Source: Akkermansiaceae bacterium
Lineage (GTDB): Bacteria; Verrucomicrobiota; Verrucomicrobiia; Verrucomicrobiales; Akkermansiaceae
Length of the DNA: 64,000 nt
Assembly: GCA_905182405.1 (NCBI GenBank)
Contig: CAJJBQ010000002.1
Span: forward strand, 1,534,483-1,598,482
Reading direction: 5' to 3'
The notes beneath the pieces are model-generated. The model saw only the letters and a program-made list of their open reading frames with translations, was not told the origin of the DNA and ran no database searches. A program made the position numbers and the translations under genes. Shown piece after piece: positions 10,111 through 18,556 of this stretch (position 1 is its first letter; each line of letters starts with the position of its first letter).

Positions 10111-11592
10111 TCAAAGCCGCGCCAAGAACCCCTCCGCATTCCTCCGGTGCAGTGCCCTCTTCTCCTCATCCATCCGATCATGCAACCGCGCCATCTGCGC
10201 CATGCGATAATTCTTCAGGAAGAACTCCTTGTGATCCTCCACAAATATCCAAAAAAGCCCGTCCCAAACCTCGCACCATTCCCCCTTCTTAAAGTCCGAC
10301 ATCTTACGGATATAATTCGACCCCGAGAGGTACGGCTTCGTCGCAAAAATCCCCCCATCAGCAAACTGGCTCATTCCATAAACATTCGGCACCATCACCC
10401 AGTCGTAGGCATCGATAAAAAACTCCATGAACCAGCGGTAAACTTCATCCGGATCGATCCGACACAGCATCATAAAATTCCCCAACACCATCAGCCGCTC
10501 GATGTGATGACAATACCCATCCTCATGCAGCACCTGAATCACATGATCGATCGGTGCCACCCCCGTCGTCCCATCATAAAATGACTGCGGCATCTTCCGC
10601 GTGAAGCCCCAAAAATTCTCCTTCCGCTCCATCACTCCATGCCGGAGATAAATGATCCGCATGAACTCCCGCCACCCGATAATTTGGCGCACAAAACCCT
10701 CCAGCGAATTCAGCGGAATCGCCTCACTCTCCCCCGCGAACTCCAACGCTCGATCAACCACCTCCTGCGGCGTGATCAACCCGATATTTAAATACGGCGT
10801 CAGCACCGAGTGAAATGCCACCCGATGACTCATCGAAATCGCATCCTCGTAATCTCCAAACAAGCCAAAGCGCTCCTTGAGGAATAGCTCCAGCGCCTCA
10901 AAAGCATCCTCTCGGCAAATCCCATACTGGAACCCATGAGTCTGCCCCAGCGCCTTCGGGAAACGATCCCATACCCAAGCTTCAGCCTCCTTCACCTCCT
11001 CGTGCACCGGCGGCCCATAAGCCTCCGGTACCGCCACCCCCTTCGGCAACTTCTTCCGGTTATCCGCATCAAAGGAATATTTTCCTCCCTCCGGTTTGCC
11101 GTCGTCCATCAGCACATCCATCCGCTTACGCTGCCCCTCATAAAACGTCTTCATAAACGGCTTCTTCATTCCGTCCATCGTCTCCTCCATCCATTCATCC
11201 GGCGTCACAAACATCGGCGACTCCACCAACTCCAAATCAATCCCTCTTTTCTCACAAAACCGCCTCAACCGTCTCTCCAGTAGATAATCCGTAGGATCCA
11301 CACAAACAACCCGAGTCACCTCCTTCGGTAGAATCCGTTCCAGCAACTCATCCGACCGAAAAGCTCCCTCCGGCAACTCCACATAAGTCACCTCATAAAG
11401 ATCCTCCAACCCCACCGCAAACCGCCGCATCGACGCCCGATGCAGCATCAACTTCTTCGCATGAAGCCGTAGCGGCTGCTCCGAATCCGTCCCAAAAAAA
11501 AGCGGATCTTCCAAAACAAAAACCCGCCTCCCCGCCTCCAAAGCCGGATGCTCGGCAAACAACTGATGAGGATAAACCAAAGAAATTTCCAT
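10111..11592 (-). CDS. Cryptochrome/photolyase family protein of the COG3046 / FeS-BCP ((6-4) photolyase PhrB/CryB-like) group
   Basis: 493 aa. It has the N-terminal MEISLVYPHQLF...VFVLEDP, then GWREFMR, GYCHHIERLMVLGNF, DAYDWVMVPNVYGMSQFADGG and KPYLSGSNYIRKMSDF. These blocks are typical of deoxyribodipyrimidine photolyase-related proteins. Confidence 0.8.
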   Translation of the reverse strand: MEISLVYPHQLFAEHPALEAGRRVFVLEDPLFFGTDSEQPLRLHAKKLMLHRASMRRFAVGLEDLYEVTYVELPEGAFRSDELLERILPKEVTRVVCVDPTDYLLERRLRRFCEKRGIDLELVESPMFVTPDEWMEETMDGMKKPFMKTFYEGQRKRMDVLMDDGKPEGGKYSFDADNRKKLPKGVAVPEAYGPPVHEEVKEAEAWVWDRFPKALGQTHGFQYGICREDAFEALELFLKERFGLFGDYEDAISMSHRVAFHSVLTPYLNIGLITPQEVVDRALEFAGESEAIPLNSLEGFVRQIIGWREFMRIIYLRHGVMERKENFWGFTRKMPQSFYDGTTGVAPIDHVIQVLHEDGYCHHIERLMVLGNFMMLCRIDPDEVYRWFMEFFIDAYDWVMVPNVYGMSQFADGGIFATKPYLSGSNYIRKMSDFKKGEWCEVWDGLFWIFVEDHKEFFLKNYRMAQMARLHDRMDEEKRALHRRNAEGFLARL

Positions 11593-11903
11593 CGCCAGAA
11601 AGTCACCCCATTCCCCAACCTGTCCACCCCAATCTACAAATCTCTCCCCTCACCAAGCAAGTAATTCAAACTCACCTTTTCCGCTACCTCTCCGTAGGCC
11701 ACCCAGTAATCTAGTTTCGTCGATTTAGTAATTTTCGTGGTAACTCTATTCCCATCCAATCCCCTCAACTTTCAGCGTTTTCAGCGGATATCCTTCTAGT
11801 CTAGGTCCCTCAACTAAGATTAACCCCATTCACATCATTCCCGGCTCTTCCTCCACCTTCTATTCTAACATTTCTTAAATCCACTTGAAAAAACAACTCA
11901 ATA

Positions 11904-11925
11904 GAACACACTGTTCACATAAACA
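11904..11925. promoter_or_regulatory. GAACA-N3-TGTTC-N4-AAACA half-site array (LexA-type operator candidate)
   Basis: GAACA 11904-11908 and TGTTC 11912-11916 form a perfect inverted repeat. TGTTC-ACAT-AAACA (11912-11925) is one mismatch from TGTTC-N4-GAACA. The array overlaps the putative first codon of the radical-SAM repair gene. Confidence 0.3.
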
Positions 11926-13181
11926 CTTTAAAGAAACTCGAAATCCTCGCAGACGCCGCTAAATACGACGCCTCTTGCGCCAGCTCAGGAGCTGCCCGAA
12001 AAGACTCCTCCTCCGGAAAAGGCGTCGGCTCCACCGGCGGAGCCGGCATCTGCCATTCCTACACCCCCGATGGCCGCTGCGTCTCTCTCCTGAAAATCCT
12101 CCTAACCAACGTCTGCCTCTACGACTGCCACTACTGCATCAACCGCCGCTCCAGCAACGTCCGCCGTGCTCGCTTCACCCCCGAAGAAGTCATCACCCTC
12201 ACCCTCGATTTCTACAAACGGAACTACATCGAAGGGCTCTTCCTCAGCTCAGGCATCGTCCGCAGCGCCGACTTCACCATGGAGCAAGTCATCCAAGTCG
12301 CCAAAACCCTTCGCGAAGTCCACCACTTCCGCGGCTACATCCATCTCAAAACCATCCCCGAGGCATCCGACGACCTCATCGCGGAAGCCGGGAAATACGC
12401 CGACCGCATCTCCATCAACATCGAGCTCCCCCAACAAAAATCCCTCGACCATCTTGCCCCCGAAAAAAACGTCACTCGCACCCGCGAAGCCATGCAGAAC
12501 ATCGGCGTCAAAATCGCCGAATCCAAAGCCGAGAAGAGCCGCAAAAAGCCAAAATTCGCCAACAGTCAATCCACCCAAATGATCGTCGGCGTCGACCTCT
12601 CAGACGACTCCCACTTCCTCCGCCGCGCCGGCGACCTCTACTCAAACTTCAAGCTCCGCCGCGTTTACTACTCCGCCTTCAGCCCCATTCCCGACTCCTC
12701 CGCCCGTCTCCCCCTCCAAGCCCCGCCGCTCGTCCGCGAGCATCGCCTCTACCAAGCCGACTGGCTCATGCGCTTCTACGGTTACGACGTCCACGAGATC
12801 ACTACCAAGGACAATCCAAATCTCGATCTCGACATCGATCCCAAGCTCTCTTGGGCCCTCCGCAACCGCGGCACCTTCCCCCTCGACATCAATCGCGCCC
12901 CCCTAGAACTCCTCGTCCGCATTCCCGGCCTAGGAGTCAGGAATGCCCAGCGCATCATCTCCATACGCCGCCACAGCGCCATCCGCCTCACCGACCTCAT
13001 CAAAATGCGGGTAAACCTCAAAAAAAGCCTCCCCTTCATCATCACCAGCGACCACCAACCCGCCAACCTAGAAATCGACTCCAAAAAAATAAGAGCCCTC
13101 CACGCCCCACCCCCAGAACAACTCGAACTCAACCTCCCCATCCTAGTTCCAAAAGCCGAAATCCTAGCCGGCGAATTCTAA
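11919..13181 (+). CDS. Putative DNA modification/repair radical SAM protein (TIGR03916-like); start codon non-canonical or uncertain
   Basis: The frame is open from the stop at 11886-11888. KKLEILADAAKYDASCASSG and the radical-SAM CLYDCHYC (CxxxCxxC) motif lie upstream of the first ATG (12279). There is no ATG, GTG or TTG in frame from 11889 to 12278. ATA at 11919 gives (M)NTLKKLEIL, which matches the usual N-terminus. The C-terminus has an HhH-like LVRIPGLGVRNAQRII. Confidence 0.75.
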   Translation: MNTLKKLEILADAAKYDASCASSGAARKDSSSGKGVGSTGGAGICHSYTPDGRCVSLLKILLTNVCLYDCHYCINRRSSNVRRARFTPEEVITLTLDFYKRNYIEGLFLSSGIVRSADFTMEQVIQVAKTLREVHHFRGYIHLKTIPEASDDLIAEAGKYADRISINIELPQQKSLDHLAPEKNVTRTREAMQNIGVKIAESKAEKSRKKPKFANSQSTQMIVGVDLSDDSHFLRRAGDLYSNFKLRRVYYSAFSPIPDSSARLPLQAPPLVREHRLYQADWLMRFYGYDVHEITTKDNPNLDLDIDPKLSWALRNRGTFPLDINRAPLELLVRIPGLGVRNAQRIISIRRHSAIRLTDLIKMRVNLKKSLPFIITSDHQPANLEIDSKKIRALHAPPPEQLELNLPILVPKAEILAGEF

Positions 13182-13381
13182 CCAAAATTTGGAGCGTGGG
13201 TGTCTCGCCCTTCGTCCCCAACCAAGAATCCGCGATGCCTCGCCACTTAACTTAGCAAACCCACCGACGAAACAGTTTAAATTTAAGTGTTAGATGTTTG
13301 GTGTTTACCACGCAAAACCAAGCTCCCTATTCCATTAGTCCCATCGATCCGTGGTTTAACACCTCCACCAAGCCCGCCCCC

Positions 13382-14224
13382 ATGTTCACCCTCCAAAACC
13401 CCACCTCCTTCCAAACCTGGCGCTCCCTAACCCGCCTGCTCCTCCAATCAAAAGTCCTTCCGTCAGAAATCCTATGGCAATCCCCAGACCAATCATCCCT
13501 CTTCACAGAGCAACCCACCTTCCCAAAAACAACTGCCAAAATCCCCCACGTTCCAAAACACTTCCTCGACCTCGCCAGCACCGCCGCCGCCCACCGCACC
13601 GGCAACCAATGGCCCCACCTCTACAACCTCCTCTGGCGACTCACTCACGGCGAAACACATCTCCTCTCACTCCCCACCGACCCCGATGTCTTCGCTCTCC
13701 GCGCCATGGCGAAACACATCAGCCGCGACATCCATAAAATGCACGCCTTCGTCCGCTTCCGAAAGGTCAGCGACCCCTCGGACGACCGCGAAAAATTCGT
13801 CGCTTGGTTCGAGCCCGATCACCTCATCGTCCCCCTCGCCACCCCCTTCTTCAAGAAGCGCTTCGCCGGCATGGACTGGTCTATTCTCACCCCCGACCAA
13901 TCCGTCCACTGGGATGGCAAAAAAATTCACTTCACCGAAGGCGTCGATCAATCCCAAGCCCCAGACTCCGACGCCCAAGACGAACTCTGGCGCACCTACT
14001 ACCGCAGCATCTTCAACCCCGCCCGCCTCAAGGTCAAAGCGATGCAAGCCGAGATGCCCAAGAAATACTGGAAGAACCTCCCTGAAGCCCAAGTCATCGA
14101 AGAACTCATCGCCACCAGCTCTGCCCGCACCTCAGGAATGTTAGAAACTAAACCCTCCCCCGAAAAACCCGCCCCAAAAAACGCCTATCTCGAAAAACTC
14201 CAGAAGCTCCCAAAGAATTCCTGA
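13382..14224 (+). CDS. TIGR03915/DUF4130 family putative DNA repair protein (UdgX-type N-terminal domain, no UDG domain)
   Basis: DIHKMHAFVRFRKV, FVAWFEPDHLIV, LWRTYYRSIFNPARLK and MPKKYWKNLPE are typical DUF4130 blocks. It is the usual partner of the radical-SAM gene. An alternative TTG start exists at 13298. Confidence 0.7.
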   Translation: MFTLQNPTSFQTWRSLTRLLLQSKVLPSEILWQSPDQSSLFTEQPTFPKTTAKIPHVPKHFLDLASTAAAHRTGNQWPHLYNLLWRLTHGETHLLSLPTDPDVFALRAMAKHISRDIHKMHAFVRFRKVSDPSDDREKFVAWFEPDHLIVPLATPFFKKRFAGMDWSILTPDQSVHWDGKKIHFTEGVDQSQAPDSDAQDELWRTYYRSIFNPARLKVKAMQAEMPKKYWKNLPEAQVIEELIATSSARTSGMLETKPSPEKPAPKNAYLEKLQKLPKNS

Positions 14225-14255
14225 GACAAATTCCATTCCCGCGTCATCATCCCCG

Positions 14256-15227
14256 ATGACGATTCACGAAGCAGCCCACCACGGCTCTCTCCTAGCCGAC
14301 GCCTTCGCAATGCCGGTCCACTGGTATTACAATCGAGATGCCCTTGACCGCGACTACCCAGACCTGACCACTTTCCTCGCCCCTCTCCCGCATCACCCCG
14401 ACAGCATCCTCTGGCGCTCCCAATACGACCCCGTCAACGAGCAAGCCGACATCCTCCACGACCAAGCCCGCTTCTGGGGCCAGCGAGATATCCACTACCA
14501 CCAAAACCTCCTCGCCGGAGAAAATACCGTCAACTTCCAGCTCGCCCGCGCCCTCCACGAGCAAGTAAAATCACACGGCTCATACGACCCCACTCGCTGG
14601 GCCGAACTTTATGTCCAGCTCATGCGCACGCCCGACTGGCACCGCGATACCTACGTCGAAGAATATCATCGCGCCTTCTTTAACCGCTATGCCTCCGGAA
14701 AAAGGATCCTAAAATGCGGTATCTCCGATGAGCATATCGGAGGCCTAGCCACCGTCACCTCTCTACTCGCCGCACTCCCGGAGGGCGACCACCGCCAGAC
14801 TGCAAAAGAACACGTCACACTCACCCACCGCCATTCGAACGTCCTCCGCGCTGCCGACTGCCTCACCCGCCTCCTCCAAACCATCGCCGGCGGCACCCCA
14901 CTCCGCGACGCACTCATGTCCTGCGCCGGCGACTGGTTCTCCACCCGAAAAGCTACCGACTGGTTACGCCAGCCAGATCGAATCATCATCGGCCAGCGCT
15001 TCAGTCCCGCCTGCTACATCGACCAGTCCTTCCCCGCCTCTCTCTACCTCGCCTGGAAATATCACGACAACTTCGAAGCCGCCGTCATCGCCAACGCAAA
15101 AGTCGGAGGCGACAGCTGCCACCGCGGAGCCGTCGTAGGCTCCCTAGTCGCCGCCGAAACCCACCGCAGCACGAACACCTTCGCCCCTGAATCCTACTTC
15201 CAACAACAACCTCAAAGCCCCTCATAA
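14256..15227 (+). CDS. ADP-ribosylglycohydrolase family protein
   Basis: It has N-terminal GSLLADAFAMPVHWYY and C-terminal NAKVGGDSCHRGAVVGSLVAA. These correspond to the GDAxG...E and GGDTDTxxxIxGxLxGA blocks of the ARH fold. Confidence 0.7.
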   Translation: MTIHEAAHHGSLLADAFAMPVHWYYNRDALDRDYPDLTTFLAPLPHHPDSILWRSQYDPVNEQADILHDQARFWGQRDIHYHQNLLAGENTVNFQLARALHEQVKSHGSYDPTRWAELYVQLMRTPDWHRDTYVEEYHRAFFNRYASGKRILKCGISDEHIGGLATVTSLLAALPEGDHRQTAKEHVTLTHRHSNVLRAADCLTRLLQTIAGGTPLRDALMSCAGDWFSTRKATDWLRQPDRIIIGQRFSPACYIDQSFPASLYLAWKYHDNFEAAVIANAKVGGDSCHRGAVVGSLVAAETHRSTNTFAPESYFQQQPQSPS

Positions 15228-15254
15228 TTTACTCTTCATAACTCACAATTCCAA

Positions 15255-16472
15255 ATGCAACCCGTCCTCATTATCGGCGCCGGTCTTTCGGGCCTCTCCT
15301 GCGCCCTCCACCTTCATAAAAAAGGAATCCCCGTCCAAATTCTCGAAGCCTCCGATGGCATCGGCGGACGCGTCCGCACCGATGAATGCGACGGCTTCCT
15401 ACTCGACCGAGGCTTCCAAGTCTACCTCGATGCCTACCCCGAAGCCGGCAAACTCCTCGACCTCCCCGCCCTCGATCTCAAACCCTTCGAGCCTGGTGCC
15501 CTCATCTTCGATGGCGAAAAACTCCACCCCGTCATGGACGTCTTCCGCCGCCCCGCCTCTGTTCTAGGCAGCGCCCTCGCCCCCATCGGCACCCTCGCCG
15601 ACAAACTCCGCGTCGCCCTTCTCCGCTTCAAGATCCTGCACGGCACCTCTAAATCCCCAGACCAAACCACCGAAAACTTTCTCAAAAACTTCGGCTTCTC
15701 CCCCCGAATCATCGACACCTTCTTCCGCTCCTTCTACGGCGGCATCTTCCTCGAAAACGACCTCCGAACCTCCAGTCGCATGTTCGAGTTTACCTTCCGC
15801 ATGTTTACCCAAGGTAGCGCCACCCTCCCCGCCGCCGGCATGCAAAGCATCCCCCAGCAACTCGTCGACCAACTCCCCGCCGACACCATCCGCCTCAACT
15901 CACCCGTCACGTCGATCGACGGAAAAAAAGTCACACTCAACACCGGAGAGACTCTCACCGCCCGCCATCTCATCCTCGCCACTGACGCCCACCAGACCGC
16001 AAAACTTCTCCCCGCCTTCCAAGCCCAATCCCCCACCTGGCGCGCCGTCACCAACCTCTACTTCACCGCCGAAAAAGCCCCCTTCCCCGACTCCATCATC
16101 GCCCTTAACGGCACTGGTAAAGGCCTCATTAATAACATCGCCATCCTTTCAAACGTCGCACCTAGCTACGCGCCCACTGGACAAGCCCTCCTCTCCGTCT
16201 CAATCCTGGGACTCCACCAAAATGAAAACCTAGCCGCCCTCGTCACAGCCGAACTCCAGACCTGGTTCGGCCCAGCTGCCAAAAACTACCGCCACCTCCG
16301 CACCGACCACATCCGCCACGCCCTCCCCGAGCAAAAACCCGGCCACAAATCCCCCGGTTACCTTAAGCTCGATAACACTTGGATCTGCGGCGACCACAAC
16401 ACCACCGCCTCCATCGAAGGCGCCATTATCTCCGGCAAACAAACCGCCGAATTCCTCCTTGCTTCACTCTAA
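15255..16472 (+). CDS. NAD(P)/FAD-dependent oxidoreductase (amine oxidase / protoporphyrinogen oxidase-like)
   Basis: It has the Rossmann motif VLIIGAGLSGLSCA...ILEASDGIGGRVRTD and a C-terminal GDHNTTASIEGAIISG. Confidence 0.8.
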   Translation: MQPVLIIGAGLSGLSCALHLHKKGIPVQILEASDGIGGRVRTDECDGFLLDRGFQVYLDAYPEAGKLLDLPALDLKPFEPGALIFDGEKLHPVMDVFRRPASVLGSALAPIGTLADKLRVALLRFKILHGTSKSPDQTTENFLKNFGFSPRIIDTFFRSFYGGIFLENDLRTSSRMFEFTFRMFTQGSATLPAAGMQSIPQQLVDQLPADTIRLNSPVTSIDGKKVTLNTGETLTARHLILATDAHQTAKLLPAFQAQSPTWRAVTNLYFTAEKAPFPDSIIALNGTGKGLINNIAILSNVAPSYAPTGQALLSVSILGLHQNENLAALVTAELQTWFGPAAKNYRHLRTDHIRHALPEQKPGHKSPGYLKLDNTWICGDHNTTASIEGAIISGKQTAEFLLASL

Positions 16473-16748
16473 TAACTCACGCTGTTTCCACCCCTTCTTC
16501 AAGTCATCCCGGCTCTGCCGAAAGAGCGCCTGGTGCTTCGTCACCCTCCCACTCACCCGTTTCCGCCAGCACCGAAAACTCGACGCCTTCAGACTGCCCC
16601 GCATCACCTTGATAACCTCCGCCTCCCGGAACCCTGTCTTCTTCTCGATCTCATCAAAGGTCGTCCGATCTTCCCAAGCCATCCGGATAATCTTATCTCT
16701 CAAAGCGTCACTAACCTTCATCAGTTTACTAGTCAGCTCGAATCCCAA
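16464..16748 (-). CDS. TIGR03643/DUF2805 family protein
   Basis: 94 aa. IIRMAWEDRTTFDEIEKKTG matches the conserved core of this small family, which is commonly found next to photolyase genes. It is convergent with the previous gene and overlaps it by 9 nt. Confidence 0.65.
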   Translation of the reverse strand: MGFELTSKLMKVSDALRDKIIRMAWEDRTTFDEIEKKTGFREAEVIKVMRGSLKASSFRCWRKRVSGRVTKHQALFRQSRDDLKKGWKQRELLE

Positions 16749-16811
16749 AAATGCAAGCCAGCAAGACTTGCCAGTAAATCACTTCCCCGGATATCCATTC
16801 GGCACAATAAA

Positions 16812-17171
16812 GTGGGTTCGTTCTTCCGCTCTAAAGCTCCAAACAACGCCATCCCTCACAAACGCCCTCAGCAGTTGACTAAGCTAAAAAAGGACCCGCA
16901 AGTAGTCCTCACCACCGAAGCCGATCCACCCCCATCACTCCCCGGCTCCGGCAAAATCCCTTTTCAAATCAAGAACCAATCCGACAGCCATCTTCAACTC
17001 ATCTAGATCGACAAACAGGGCAATCACAAAACCTTCCGCCAAATTGCCAAAGCCTCCACCCGCACCATCCCAACCCATGTCGGTCACACTTGGCTCCTCA
17101 AAACAAAATCAGGCACCACTCTTGGCCACCTCATCATCCCAAAAAACGGCGCCCGCCTCCACATCGAATAA
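16812..17171 (+). pseudogene. VHL beta-domain-like protein interrupted by in-frame TAG (17004-17006)
   Basis: One frame reads ..GKIPFQIKNQSDSHLQLI-TAG-IDKQGNHKTFRQIAKASTRTIPTHVGHTWLLKTKSGTTLGHLIIPKNGARLHIE-TAA. It aligns without gaps to human pVHL N78-F119, matching N78, S80, G93, R107, I109, G114, H115, W117 and L118. The TAG falls exactly on W88. The start is uncertain (GTG 16812 or TTG 16875). Confidence 0.55.
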
Positions 17172-17311
17172 GGAGAACATACGTCCAACCCGCTTCCCCC
17201 GGAACATAGGCAGCCTCCAGCCTGTCTCCCCTCAACCCAAGCGACCGATTCGTAGTGCAGGCTGGCCCAATACCTTTTGAGGTGAGTTAAATTTCTGGGA
17301 CATAAGCGCCA

Positions 17312-18496
17312 CTAGCGCTCCGCAGCCGGATCAATACGATCCCGACGGCTCTCGAAAAACGTCTTCACTGACTCAGTCGACGGCACCCCTTCGGCGACTC
17401 CCGGAAGAACGTCGTCGGGCTTCATCTTCAACAGAGTTTGATCGGTCAGCGCAAACATGAAGGCGACAAGGTCATCGATTTCTTCCTTGGTCATCTTGAG
17501 ATCTCCCATGTCCTCATGGTTCACCGTTTCCGGGTAATCCGTCTTCCCCCAACGTTCGGGCTCAAGATTCCGAGCGTTATAAAACTCCATGAGTTCCTTA
17601 AGCGTGCCGATCGATCCGTTGTGAAGATACGGCGCGGTGAGGGCCACGTTCCTCAGTGAAGGCACCCGAAACTGGCCCATTTCATTTTCCCGCTTCGTCA
17701 ACTCCCCCAATCCCGGATCCTTCGATCCTCGTGATGGCGCTCCGAGATTATCGTATCCGTAATCAGTCAACAAAGGTTTGGGCCAGACTCCGGTTCCCAC
17801 AAAGTGACATTTGGCGCACTCCCCCTTCGTAATAAAAACTGCCAAGCCCCGTTTCTCCGCTGGAGTAATGGCATCTTCTTTCCCCGCCCAGAATTCATCG
17901 ATGCGGGCATTGAAGGGACGAAAGAGCGGCTCACGGAGAAAGGCGACCAAAGACCTATAGGCGAGCCCCGCCACCATTTTATCGTTCTCCCAATCCGCTC
18001 CATTAAAAGCCTTCCGAAGCTCAGGCGCATAGCTGGCCCGGCGCAACCGCGCCGCCAGTTCCTTTTCGCCAGAGAGATTCATTTCGTTCTTCTCAAAGAA
18101 TGGCTGCTTCACTTGATCCAAAAGATCATGAGACCGACCATCAAGAAACAACCCTCCTTCGATGATGTAGCTCAACTCGCTATTTTCATCATAAACATCC
18201 TCCACCGCCATCGCAGGAATCAACGCGGCATACATCAAGCTTGGAGTATTTCGATTTCCTTCTCGACCTTGAACGGCCCCGGGTGAAACCGGCCTCGGAT
18301 CCGAGAACGCTTGCTTAGGATCATGGCAGGACGCACAAGATTGTCCGACGGGTTGGGAAAGTCCGGTATCAAAAAAGATCTTCTGCCCCATCCCAGCCAG
18401 GTGAGGCTCAACCCCATTGGCAAGTTGCAGAAATAGCACCACAACCATGCAAGAGAACCGCAGTCCCTTGGTAGATGGATGACCTCCTAGCATCAC
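17312..18496 (-). CDS. Di-haem cytochrome c peroxidase (CCP/MauG family)
   Basis: Two CxxCH motifs (CASCHD, CAKCHF) are present. Blocks NTPSLMYA, FRVPSLRNVALTAPYLHNGS and a signal peptide support the call. Confidence 0.9.
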   Translation of the reverse strand: MMLGGHPSTKGLRFSCMVVVLFLQLANGVEPHLAGMGQKIFFDTGLSQPVGQSCASCHDPKQAFSDPRPVSPGAVQGREGNRNTPSLMYAALIPAMAVEDVYDENSELSYIIEGGLFLDGRSHDLLDQVKQPFFEKNEMNLSGEKELAARLRRASYAPELRKAFNGADWENDKMVAGLAYRSLVAFLREPLFRPFNARIDEFWAGKEDAITPAEKRGLAVFITKGECAKCHFVGTGVWPKPLLTDYGYDNLGAPSRGSKDPGLGELTKRENEMGQFRVPSLRNVALTAPYLHNGSIGTLKELMEFYNARNLEPERWGKTDYPETVNHEDMGDLKMTKEEIDDLVAFMFALTDQTLLKMKPDDVLPGVAEGVPSTESVKTFFESRRDRIDPAAER

Positions 18497-18556
18497 TGCT
18501 TTAATCTAAGGGTAAGTAGATTACATTTCAAGGCCCTCTGGAAGATCCCGCCTGAA

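Noticed and set aside
11975-13255. A 426-aa ORF rich in Pro, Arg, Ser and His. Similar long ORFs occur elsewhere (164-781, 2925-3728, 5629-6270, 13686-14144, 62755-63489).
   Set aside because: These are low-complexity alternative-frame or antisense shadows of well-supported genes in GC3-rich DNA. They have no motifs, and each overlaps a recognisable gene completely.
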